Source of the DNA: Spirulina sp.
Lineage (GTDB): Bacteria > Cyanobacteriota > Cyanobacteriia > Phormidesmidales > Phormidesmidaceae
Direction of reading: 5' to 3'
Length of the DNA stretch: 64,000 bases
Assembly: GCA_044070495.1 (NCBI GenBank)
Contig: JBIPSI010000028.1
Location: 9,802 to 73,801, forward strand
Positions 1-8,877 of the stretch are shown here, one piece after another. How positions within the stretch are numbered: the first letter of the stretch is position 1; every line of letters starts with the position of its first letter. Below the pieces are notes generated by a model. That model ran no database searches and was not told where the DNA came from. It worked only from the letters and a program-made list of their open reading frames with translations. Made by a program: the position numbers and the translations under genes.

Positions 1-580
1 AGGCTTCTTGCATCGCCCCGGCTTCGACCGCAAAGTAAATAGCCATGGGAATCGTTTGAGTCTGGCCCGGAATGTTTCCTGCCAGCATCAGGGTGGCACC
101 GAACTCCCCCAGGGCGCGGGCAAAGGCCAGGATGGTTCCCGCCAAAATTCCTGGGATGGAAAGCGGCAAGAGCACCCGCCAGAAGATGCGCCACTTGGGT
201 GCGCCAAGGGTTTGAGCCACTTGCAGCAGATTGCTATCCACCTGCTCAAAGGCCCCTAATGCCGTTTTATACATCAAGGGAAAGGACACGACGGTCGCTG
301 CAATGACGGCGGCATACCAAGTGAAGATAACAGTGAAATCAAAATGGGCCATGAACTGCCCCAGTGGCCCATGTTTGCCAAACACCATGAGCAACAAAAA
401 GCCCACTACCGTTGGCGGTAAAATCAACGGCGAAACAAACAGGCCCTCAATGGCAGATTTCCAACGCCCCCGATAACCCAACATCCAATAGGCCGCTGCA
501 ATGCCTGTAAAGAATGTCACAAGGGTGGCCAGTCCTGCTGTTTTGAGTGAAATCCACAGCGGGGAAAAATCGGCGGTCAT
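1..580 (-). CDS. modB: Molybdate ABC transporter permease (runs off window start; possibly ModB-ModC fusion)
   Basis: ATG at 580 reads MTADFSPLWISLKTAGLAT...; hydrophobic permease directly downstream of modA; not in ORF track because truncated. Confidence 0.85.
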   Translation of the reverse strand, partial: MTADFSPLWISLKTAGLATLVTFFTGIAAAYWMLGYRGRWKSAIEGLFVSPLILPPTVVGFLLLMVFGKHGPLGQFMAHFDFTVIFTWYAAVIAATVVSFPLMYKTALGAFEQVDSNLLQVAQTLGAPKWRIFWRVLLPLSIPGILAGTILAFARALGEFGATLMLAGNIPGQTQTIPMAIYFAVEAGAMQEA

Positions 581-642
581 GGGGGTGAGGTCAGAAAAAC
601 GTGTGAGCAGAGAACACGGTTGGTTGCCATCCGCATCAACGG

Positions 643-1440
643 CTATGGGGCGATGCCAAAGCCGTACTTTCTAAAGATGGTCTGGGCTTGGGAACTCCTG
701 AGAAATTGGGCATAGGTACGGGTAGCGGGTTGATTGCGACTGGCTGAGATCACGGCCATGGGATAAACAATGGGTGAATGCATATGCTCAGGGGCTGTGG
801 CAACCTGGGTTACCTGGTCTGAGATTTTGGCATCGGTTCTGTAGACAATTCCAGCATCGGCATTGCCACTCTCAACCGTGCCTAAAACATTGCGCACCGA
901 GTTGCCAAACACAAACTTGGGCTGCAATTGGTCCCAGAGGCCAAGGTATCTAAATAACTCCTCGGCATACTGTCCAGCGGGTACACTGCGGGGCTCCCCC
1001 ATGGAAATTTTTTGAACTCTGGGATCGGTCAACTGCCGGAAGCCCGTTAGGCCCAGGGTGGAGTTACGGGGTACTACCAGCACCAGACGATTGGTCAATA
1101 GGTTGCGTCGAGTATTGGCGACGATCAAGTTTTTCTCCTGTAGAGCATCCATCTGGCGGGCGGCGGCAGAAATGAACAGGTCTACGGGTGCCCCTTGTTC
1201 AATTTGCTGTTGTAGGGGGCCAGAGGCGGCAAAGTTGTAATTGACGGTGATGCCCCGGTTGGCCGCTTCAAACAATGGGTCAATTTCTTCCAAAGCATTT
1301 TGTAAACTGGCGGCGGCGGCGACCAGCAGGGTGGCCGATTGAGCGTTGGCTGGAGCTGGCATAACCACCCTGAAACCCACGGTCAAGAGCAGCGTGGCCA
1401 TTAATCCACCGAGAAAAGCAAGCAGGCGTCTTCGTTTCAT
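643..1440 (-). CDS. modA: Molybdate ABC transporter substrate-binding protein
   Basis: AAASL, FAASGPLQQQIEQGAPVDLFISA, SVPAGQYA, DAGIVYRTDA motifs; signal peptide. Confidence 0.95.
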   Translation of the reverse strand: MKRRRLLAFLGGLMATLLLTVGFRVVMPAPANAQSATLLVAAAASLQNALEEIDPLFEAANRGITVNYNFAASGPLQQQIEQGAPVDLFISAAARQMDALQEKNLIVANTRRNLLTNRLVLVVPRNSTLGLTGFRQLTDPRVQKISMGEPRSVPAGQYAEELFRYLGLWDQLQPKFVFGNSVRNVLGTVESGNADAGIVYRTDAKISDQVTQVATAPEHMHSPIVYPMAVISASRNQPATRTYAQFLRSSQAQTIFRKYGFGIAP

Positions 1441-1609
1441 AGGGTTCAAGTTTTAAAGACAAGTGAGTTGGGCATGGTGAAGTGCAATGGAATTTAGTTC
1501 AGTGATTTACCCCTGAACGATATAACCATGGCGGCATTTTACCAACCTTTAGCCAACTTTTTTGGTATAAGCCTCTACACTGACTGCAATAGGTTGTTCG
1601 GGTAACGCT

Positions 1610-2782
1610 GTGAAAGATGAGCTACGCAATGGCTTAAGAGAAACCCGCCTGCACCTGGGGTTGAGTCAGCAGGAGCTAGCAACCCTGGTGGGGGTTAGTC
1701 GCCAAACCATCGGTGGAGTTGAGTCGGGGCAAACGGCCCTATCGATTACCCTTGCCCTGCGGCTGGCGAAGGCACTGGGCTGCCGGGTTGAAGACCTATT
1801 CTGGCTCGATCACAAGATCACCGTTGTGGAGGCAACGCCGATTGCTTCGATGACCGTGGGAGAGCCTCAACGGGTTAGCCTGTCCAGTGTTGGAGGACGG
1901 TGGATCGCCCATCCGCTGGTGGGTGCCGATGCCTTTCGCCTGGAGATGATACCCGCCGATGGCGAAGCTACCCGACAGCCACACCAAGACACCCTCACCG
2001 TGACGCTGTTCAATGACTTGGGCAATCTCCTGAAAACGGTCGTGGTGGCTGGAGGTGCTCCAGCCCTTTCGCTCTGGGCCCGCGCCGCCGAACGTTGGTA
2101 TCCAGACCTAAGGATGCATCTCACCTTCGCCAACAGCACGACTGCCCTGGAGCAATTGCTACGCGGAGAAGTACACCTTGCCGGGATGCATTTGTTCTGC
2201 CCCCAAACCCAGACATTCAACGTGCCCTTTGTGCGACAGGCGCTACAGGACGAAACGGCAGTGCTGATTAATTTGGGGGTCTGGGAAGAAGGACTGCTGG
2301 TAGCCCCCGGTAATCCTAAGGGCATTCATACTGTTGCGGATTTGGCTCGCCTGGATGTTACCCTGATCAACCGCGAACCAGGGGCAGGTAGCCGCAAACT
2401 GCTGGAGCAGGCTTTGATCGAGGCCGATATTTCCCTGCCATCAGTCATGGGAGACCATGACCCTGATGAATCTGTTTTTTCCCATCGACTCGCTTTCTCC
2501 CACCAGGCCGTGGCCGCAGCCATTGTTACTGGAGAGGCCGATGTTGGGGTCAGTGTGGCCTCCATGGCGACCCTCTTTAACTTGGGGTTTGTGCCCCTGC
2601 GGCAAACTCACTATGACCTAGTTACCCTTAAGCCCTATTTAGATGAAGTGCCAGTGCAGCAGGCGCTAAACGCGCTAAGCCATCGCTGGGTACTTTCTCA
2701 GCTTGAGGTTTTAGGAGGCTACGACACCCGCTTGACCGGGGAAGTAGTGGCAACGGTTCAAGCCCCGCCCAGAGGCGGTTAA
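1610..2782 (+). CDS. XRE HTH + PBP molybdate-binding domain transcriptional regulator
   Basis: N-terminal LSQQELATLVGVSRQTIGGVE HTH; C-terminal PBP_like (NREPGAGSR, GGYD); divergent from modA. Confidence 0.85.
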   Translation: MKDELRNGLRETRLHLGLSQQELATLVGVSRQTIGGVESGQTALSITLALRLAKALGCRVEDLFWLDHKITVVEATPIASMTVGEPQRVSLSSVGGRWIAHPLVGADAFRLEMIPADGEATRQPHQDTLTVTLFNDLGNLLKTVVVAGGAPALSLWARAAERWYPDLRMHLTFANSTTALEQLLRGEVHLAGMHLFCPQTQTFNVPFVRQALQDETAVLINLGVWEEGLLVAPGNPKGIHTVADLARLDVTLINREPGAGSRKLLEQALIEADISLPSVMGDHDPDESVFSHRLAFSHQAVAAAIVTGEADVGVSVASMATLFNLGFVPLRQTHYDLVTLKPYLDEVPVQQALNALSHRWVLSQLEVLGGYDTRLTGEVVATVQAPPRGG

Positions 2783-2878
2783 CTGGGCTAGGGCGACCAG
2801 GGAAGACAATAAACATGGGCCTTAGGATAATCTCAAAGGCCTTGGGCTTCCGTCAGTACTCGTTGTTGATGACCCGCC

Positions 2879-3571
2879 CTAGGGCTCTGTAGGCTTCATG
2901 AGGCCGAACATTGGCCCCAGCACCAGCCCAAACACAAAGCCGCCGGAATGGGCCCAGTAGGCGATGTGGGAGGAGTCTAATCCCGCCTGGTCGCCCAGGG
3001 AAGCTAGGCTGAAAAAGGCCTGCTGGGCAAACCAAAGGCCCAGAAAGAAAAGAGCCGAAATGCGAACGACGGGAAACACCACAATTAGCGGCAGCAGGGT
3101 AAGAATTTCGGCCTTGGGGAACCGCCGCACATAGGCTCCCATCACCCCGGCAATGGCCCCACTCGCGCCGATGGTGGGCACCATGGAGGCGGGGTCGAAG
3201 GCCCACTGGGTGAGCCCTGCTAGCAGCCCACAGAGTAAATAAAAGACGAGAAACCTAAGGTGGCCAAGCTGATCTTCGATGTTGTTGCCGAAGATCCAAA
3301 GGTAGAGCAGATTGCCGCCGATGTGGAAAAAACCACCATGGAGAAACTGCGAGGATAGCAGGGTAATCCACTCGTAGAGGGGATTTTCGATCTGTCCACG
3401 CAGGCTGGCGCTGAGTTGGTCGGGCACCATGGCCCACTGGTCGAAGAACAGATTGAGCGCCTGGGGAGAAAGGCTGAGTTGCTGCAAAAATACGACCAGG
3501 TTTAGGGCAATGATTCCATAGACAACAATGGGGGCGCGGCGGGTGGGAATGTTGTCGCGGAGGGGAACCAC
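2879..3571 (-). CDS. Rhomboid family intramembrane serine protease
   Basis: FLHGGFFHIGGNLLYL, IGASGAIAGV, AYWAHSGGF; probable GTG start at 3571 (ORF extends to 3670). Confidence 0.9.
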   Translation of the reverse strand: MVPLRDNIPTRRAPIVVYGIIALNLVVFLQQLSLSPQALNLFFDQWAMVPDQLSASLRGQIENPLYEWITLLSSQFLHGGFFHIGGNLLYLWIFGNNIEDQLGHLRFLVFYLLCGLLAGLTQWAFDPASMVPTIGASGAIAGVMGAYVRRFPKAEILTLLPLIVVFPVVRISALFFLGLWFAQQAFFSLASLGDQAGLDSSHIAYWAHSGGFVFGLVLGPMFGLMKPTEP

Positions 3572-3794
3572 GGGGACAGCAGAATAAACAGCCTCTCCAT
3601 TGTAGTCATCCCCACCGTCATCCCCGCCCCACCGAGATCGTGGGAGGTTCCTCAGCCTGTCATGGGTCAACCAGCCAGGGCTAGAACATCGGCGTTATGG
3701 TGGCGTTCTGTCTCGATTTGATGCGAAACGCGGCCTGAGGTTGGGGCGGGGGCGTTATCATCGGCATGTGATCGCCTAGATGGAAGGTTGTGTG

Positions 3795-4265
3795 ATGACT
3801 GCCAATACCGTAGAACTCGATCTGTCGGCCCCTAACCTGGAAGACGCCATGGAAAGTACCTCCTACGTTGAGACTATTGAGGCGGTGCTGTCGAGCCTCG
3901 ATCAGGGGGATGGGCCACGGGTGCAAAAAAATTCCGAGGGGCACCTCTGGACGTTTAAGTACGGCAGTGTCAATGTCTATGTGCAGCTAACGGGGGAAAC
4001 GGTCTCCGATACGCTGACCGTGTGGTCGCCGGTGCTGACCCTGCCCGCCAAGGACGAACCCCGGCTGATGAAGCACCTGCTAGAGAAGAATTGCTACGAA
4101 ACCCTGGAGGCCCGCTTTGGCCTATCCGGCAATCAGGTACTCGTGATTTCTAGCCGCATTTTGCAGGATATTTCCGCCACCGAAATCTCTCGTTTGATGA
4201 CCATCGTGGCCACCATTGCCGATGATGCCGACGACGCACTACAGGCCGAATTTGGTCAAAACTAG
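3795..4265 (+). CDS. YbjN domain-containing protein
   Basis: WTFKYGSVNVYVQLTG..., LLEKN..TLEARF pattern of cyanobacterial YbjN proteins. Confidence 0.75.
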   Translation: MTANTVELDLSAPNLEDAMESTSYVETIEAVLSSLDQGDGPRVQKNSEGHLWTFKYGSVNVYVQLTGETVSDTLTVWSPVLTLPAKDEPRLMKHLLEKNCYETLEARFGLSGNQVLVISSRILQDISATEISRLMTIVATIADDADDALQAEFGQN

Positions 4266-4419
4266 CCCCTCGCATGGTGCCTAGCCCGAAATTCTCGGCG
4301 AGTGTAGGAGTTCGCATTACAGCCCCGATAAAAGGGGCGGAATGGGGCGATGTCGCAGGAAATTTGGGCGAATTTCGGTGACTATAGGGCGGATTTTACT
4401 TGAATGGGGTGCACCATGA

Positions 4420-4507
4420 AGATCCCCCATCTCCCTGATTAAGGGGGGTAAGGCAAATATTAGGGGAGTGTAAGGTAACTCTACTACCGATAGAGTCTGG
4501 GGGATCT
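4420..4507. repeat. Degenerate GATCCCCC...GGGGGATC repeat core related to the 165-bp MITE
   Basis: Terminal GATCCCCC / GGGGGATC with internal AAGGGGGG, as in copies at 14.86, 21.33 and 57.91 kb. Confidence 0.45.
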
Positions 4508-4721
4508 GAAGCCTCGAAGTTCATCCCTCACTAAAGCGAAAAACGCTATGAATCCCTAGTGTTTTGGGCTACTTCATAGATAGATCCTATGAAAAATATG
4601 GAGAAATCCGCAATGATCTGAAAAGATCTGTAGGAAATTACACCTTAGCGAGCCGTAGCCCATATTCTGAAAGAAGGATTCCTAAATCGTCGCCCCTTTG
4701 CCTGGGTTTATCGTGTTGTCT

Positions 4722-7700
4722 ATGGTTGGTTCTAGCGTCCCGGTTACGGCGGATCGTTTTCCTGAAGCCCCTAGCATCTTTCCCTTAACTGATACCCTAG
4801 GGCTAGCGTCCACCGATCTGCGTGCCGCCATTATTCGGGATCTCCTCACCGTTCATCCCCAAGCTGTGGTCCTAGAGGCGGTGGCGCAAATGGGAGGATC
4901 GGAGCTGTCTTGCCATCTTGCTGCCGAAGGAAACCGAGGATTACGCCCTCCCTATCAACCGCCGTCGAGTTGTGTGGTGGTGGATGGGGATCGGCAGGTG
5001 GTGGGAATTTTGACGGATCGGGATTTAGTGCGGCTGGGGGCACAGCAGCAGCCGTTAGACCAATTGCGGGTGGATCAGGCGATGGCCAGCCCTGTCGTGA
5101 CGCTACGGGAAGCTGAGCTGACGGATTTATTTACCGTGGTAGGGCTGTTGCAGCAGCACCATATTCGCCATTTGCCCATTGTGGATGACCACAAACGCCT
5201 GGTGGGCCTGCTGACCCACGACAGCCTGCGTCGGGTGACTCGGCCTGTGGATCTGCTGCGGCTGCGGTCGGTATCGGAGGTGATGAGCCGTAATGTGGTG
5301 TGTGCCACCCCCACCGATACCCTGCTGCACATTGCCCAGCGCATGGCCCATCACCGCATTAGCTCGGTGATCATTACCCTGCCCCAAACGCCAGAGTCGT
5401 CTGCTCCGGCCATCCCCGTGGGCATTGTTACCGAGCGGGATATTGTGCAATTTCAGGCCCTAGGGCTGACCCTATCCGCCCATCCAGCCGAGGCGGTGAT
5501 GAGCACCCCGGTGTTTACCGTCAGCCCCGATGACTCCCTCTGGGCAGTGCAGCAGATGATGGGCCAGCACTGGATTCGGCGGGTGGCGGTGACGGGGGAA
5601 CGGGGGGAACTGCTGGGCATTGTTACCCAAACCAGCTTGCTCCAGGCCCTCAACCCCCTAGAGCTTTATAACCTAGCCGCTGTGTTAGAGGAAAAGGTGG
5701 CTCAGTTGGAGGTCGAGAAAAGCCAACTGGCCGCCATTGTTGAATCCTCCCAGGAGGCCATTATCAGCTTTGACTTAGATGGCCTGATTACCAGTTGGAA
5801 CCCGGCGGCAACGCAAGTCTACGGCTACCCCGCCGAGGCCATCCTAGGCCAGCCCATTACCCGCCTAATTCCGCCCGATCTACGCGCCAATGAGGACGAG
5901 AAACTTGCCCGCTTAAATGCTGGGGAAACCATCGCCCCCTACGAAACCCAACGGCTACACCGCGACGGACACCGCATTGAGGTGGCCCTGACGATCTCGG
6001 CCCTCCGCAACCGCGACGGCGTGGTGGTGGGAGCCTCTAAAATTGTGCGGGACATCAGCGAACGCAAGCGCCACGAGACCGAACGACAGCAGGCGGAACA
6101 GGCGCTTCAAGAAAAAACTGCCGAAATTGACCAATTCTTTTCCGTTGCCCTCGACCTGCTCTGCATTGCCGATACCCAATGCTACTTTCGTCGAATGAAC
6201 CAGCAGTGGACTAAGGTGCTGGGCTACACCCTCGCGGAATTGGAGGGATCGTGCTTTTTAGACTATGTTCATCCCGACGACCAGGCCAACACCAAGGCCC
6301 AAGTCATCCGCCTGATCAACCAAGAAGCAGTGACGGGCTTCATTAACCGCATGCGCTGCGCCGATGGCAACTATCGCTGGTTTGAGTGGCAGTCTACGCC
6401 CGTCGGCCATTTAATCTATGCCGCTGCCCGCGATATTACCGACCGTCAGGCCGCCGACCTCATTCTCCGCGCCAGCGAAGCCCGCTATCGCAATGTGATT
6501 GAAACTACCCTAGAGGGGGTCTGGATCTTAGACCTCCAGGGTAAAACCACCTTTGTGAACCAGCGCATGGCGGATATGCTGGGCTACTCCCCTGCCGAAA
6601 TGGAAGGTCGCGCTTTCACCGACTTCATGGCGGCGGTTAGTCAGTCCCAGTCCCAGACTTACCTCGTCCAACAGCAGAGCATTGAGGAACAGCATCCCTT
6701 CCAATTCAAATGCCGCGATGGTCGCTCCCTATGGGCAATTGTGTCGGCCTCGGTGCTGCGGGATGAGGCGGGGCGGTGTAGTGGATGCATTAGCCTGGTG
6801 ACCGACATTACCCAACTGGTGCAAACCCAGAACGCCCTGCGGGAGTCGGAACTGCGGCTCAGCAGCGTTTTAGATAGCTCCCTCGATGGCATCATGGCCT
6901 TTCGCTCGGTGCGGGATGACCAGGGACAGATTGTGGATTTTGAGTATACAATCTGCAACCCGGTTGCCTGCCAGGTGGTGGGGCGTTCCCAGGCAGAACT
7001 CATCGGCCAGCGCTTGCTAGAACGCATGCCGGGGCACCGAGAGGAGGGCTTGTTTGACAGCTATGTGCAGGTGGTGGAAACCGGGGAACCCAGCCACCGC
7101 GAGTTTTACTACAACCGCGATGGCCTAGAGTCTTGGTTTGAGCATGTGGCGGTGAAGCTAGAGGACGGGTTTGCCGTCACCTTCCGCGACATCAGCAGCC
7201 TAAAACGCTCGGAACAAGCGCTACAACGGGCCAACCAAGAGCTAGAAGCCCGCATTTCAGACCTCAACCAGCGCCACGCCGAGCAAATTTTGCTAAGCCA
7301 ACTCAGCGATTTTTTGCAGGTTTGCCTCACCGTAGGCGAGGTCTGCGCGGCCTTGGGTGGGTTGGTAGCGCCGCTGTTTCCCCACTGTTTTGGGCGTCTA
7401 TTTTTGACCCAGGCCCGCCCAGATCAGATGATCGGTGTGGCCCAATGGGGCGAGATGGCCTCACCGCCAGAACCTCTGACGGAACCCCTACACACCCAAG
7501 ACTGCTGGGCCTTGCGCTGGGGCCACCCCCACCTATGGACTCAGGCCCAACCGGGTCTCATCTGCGCCCATACTCAGCACGCCTATGATGGGGAAACCCT
7601 CCCCAAATTAGGGCTTTGTGTTCCCCTCATTGCCCAGGGCGAAACCCTAGGGGTACTCAGCCTTGCCTCCCACAAAGGCGATGTTCTGCCTGAGGCCAAA

Positions 7701-8276
7701 CAACACCTGGCCCGCACCGTGGCCGAACAAATTGCCCTCGCCATTGCCAACCTCAACCTGCGGGCCACCCTTCACCTGCAAAGCATCCGCGATCCCCTCA
7801 CGGGCCTGTTCAACCGCCGCTATTTAGAAGAAGCCCTCGCCCAGGAAATGGCCCGCGCCCTGCGCCATCGCCGCCCGCTCAGCGTCATCATGCTGGATAT
7901 CGACCATTTCAAACGCTTCAACGATACCTACGGCCATGAAGCCGGAGATTACGTCCTCAAAACCGTCAGCACCGCCCTCCAAGAAAGCGTGCGCGGCTCC
8001 GATATCGTCTGTCGCTACGGCGGCGAAGAACTCACCATTTTGCTGCCCGACCTAGCCCTCAGCCTCGCCAAGGACAAAGCCGAACGGCTGCGAGCCATCG
8101 TTGAAAACCTCTGTCTAGCCTTCCATGGGCAAAACCTTGGCCCCATCACCGCCTCCCTGGGTGTCGCCAGTTTCCCAGAGCACGGCACCAACGGCACCAC
8201 CCTCGTGCAAACCGCCGATGCCGCCCTCTACCGCGCCAAAGCCGCCGGACGCAATCGGGTGATTGTCGCTCCCTAG
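4722..8276 (+). CDS. Diguanylate cyclase with CBS x4, PAS x4, GAF and GGDEF domains
   Basis: CBS (IRHLPIVD, GIVTERD), PAS/PAC (RDISERK, RDITDR), GAF, DPLTGLFNRR, DIDHFKRFND, RGSD I-site, YGGEEL. Confidence 0.92.
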   Translation: MVGSSVPVTADRFPEAPSIFPLTDTLGLASTDLRAAIIRDLLTVHPQAVVLEAVAQMGGSELSCHLAAEGNRGLRPPYQPPSSCVVVDGDRQVVGILTDRDLVRLGAQQQPLDQLRVDQAMASPVVTLREAELTDLFTVVGLLQQHHIRHLPIVDDHKRLVGLLTHDSLRRVTRPVDLLRLRSVSEVMSRNVVCATPTDTLLHIAQRMAHHRISSVIITLPQTPESSAPAIPVGIVTERDIVQFQALGLTLSAHPAEAVMSTPVFTVSPDDSLWAVQQMMGQHWIRRVAVTGERGELLGIVTQTSLLQALNPLELYNLAAVLEEKVAQLEVEKSQLAAIVESSQEAIISFDLDGLITSWNPAATQVYGYPAEAILGQPITRLIPPDLRANEDEKLARLNAGETIAPYETQRLHRDGHRIEVALTISALRNRDGVVVGASKIVRDISERKRHETERQQAEQALQEKTAEIDQFFSVALDLLCIADTQCYFRRMNQQWTKVLGYTLAELEGSCFLDYVHPDDQANTKAQVIRLINQEAVTGFINRMRCADGNYRWFEWQSTPVGHLIYAAARDITDRQAADLILRASEARYRNVIETTLEGVWILDLQGKTTFVNQRMADMLGYSPAEMEGRAFTDFMAAVSQSQSQTYLVQQQSIEEQHPFQFKCRDGRSLWAIVSASVLRDEAGRCSGCISLVTDITQLVQTQNALRESELRLSSVLDSSLDGIMAFRSVRDDQGQIVDFEYTICNPVACQVVGRSQAELIGQRLLERMPGHREEGLFDSYVQVVETGEPSHREFYYNRDGLESWFEHVAVKLEDGFAVTFRDISSLKRSEQALQRANQELEARISDLNQRHAEQILLSQLSDFLQVCLTVGEVCAALGGLVAPLFPHCFGRLFLTQARPDQMIGVAQWGEMASPPEPLTEPLHTQDCWALRWGHPHLWTQAQPGLICAHTQHAYDGETLPKLGLCVPLIAQGETLGVLSLASHKGDVLPEAKQHLARTVAEQIALAIANLNLRATLHLQSIRDPLTGLFNRRYLEEALAQEMARALRHRRPLSVIMLDIDHFKRFNDTYGHEAGDYVLKTVSTALQESVRGSDIVCRYGGEELTILLPDLALSLAKDKAERLRAIVENLCLAFHGQNLGPITASLGVASFPEHGTNGTTLVQTADAALYRAKAAGRNRVIVAP

Positions 8277-8304
8277 GGCCAGGGGTTAGCCACAGTTTTC
8301 AGCG

Positions 8305-8733
8305 TTAGCCGCGCTTTTCAAGGACATCCGCCAGTCGGGCTAGGGTTTCGTTGAGCTTTTCTTCGGTGGTGGGTTCGGCGTTGGCGGCGGCTTCCACTTC
8401 TTCCTTGCGCTTCATCCGCTCAACGGCCCGCACCACCAGGAATAGAACGAAGGCAATAATCGCAAAATCGATCACCGTTCCCAAAAAGCTGCCCAGCCGA
8501 ATGCCGGGGCCAACCACCGCCTCGCGCCAATCCGTCCCCGCCTGGGCCAGCAGCGGATTGAGCACCGCAGGCATGATGACGTCCTCCACAAAGGAGGTGA
8601 TGATGGATCCAAACGCTCCACCAATGATCACCGCCACCGCCAGATCTACCACATTGCCCTTGAGCGCAAAGGCCCGAAAGTCGCTCCAGAAGCTACGTGC
8701 CCTCGCCTGGGCGCGTTGAGTGCTGTTTGCCAT
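8305..8733 (-). CDS. mscL: Large-conductance mechanosensitive channel
   Basis: FRAFALKGNVVDLAVAVIIGGAF signature. Confidence 0.95.
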   Translation of the reverse strand: MANSTQRAQARARSFWSDFRAFALKGNVVDLAVAVIIGGAFGSIITSFVEDVIMPAVLNPLLAQAGTDWREAVVGPGIRLGSFLGTVIDFAIIAFVLFLVVRAVERMKRKEEVEAAANAEPTTEEKLNETLARLADVLEKRG

Positions 8734-8877
8734 GGCTATTCTGTCTTTTACTACGAACAATACATTAAGGCACTTTTTCCCAACGGCAACACCCAATTCG
8801 AAGCGCTGCCCTCGCACCCCAAGCACCGTCTGTCATACTAGATAGGCAAAAATAGGCAACCCTTTATCCCCGGCTCC

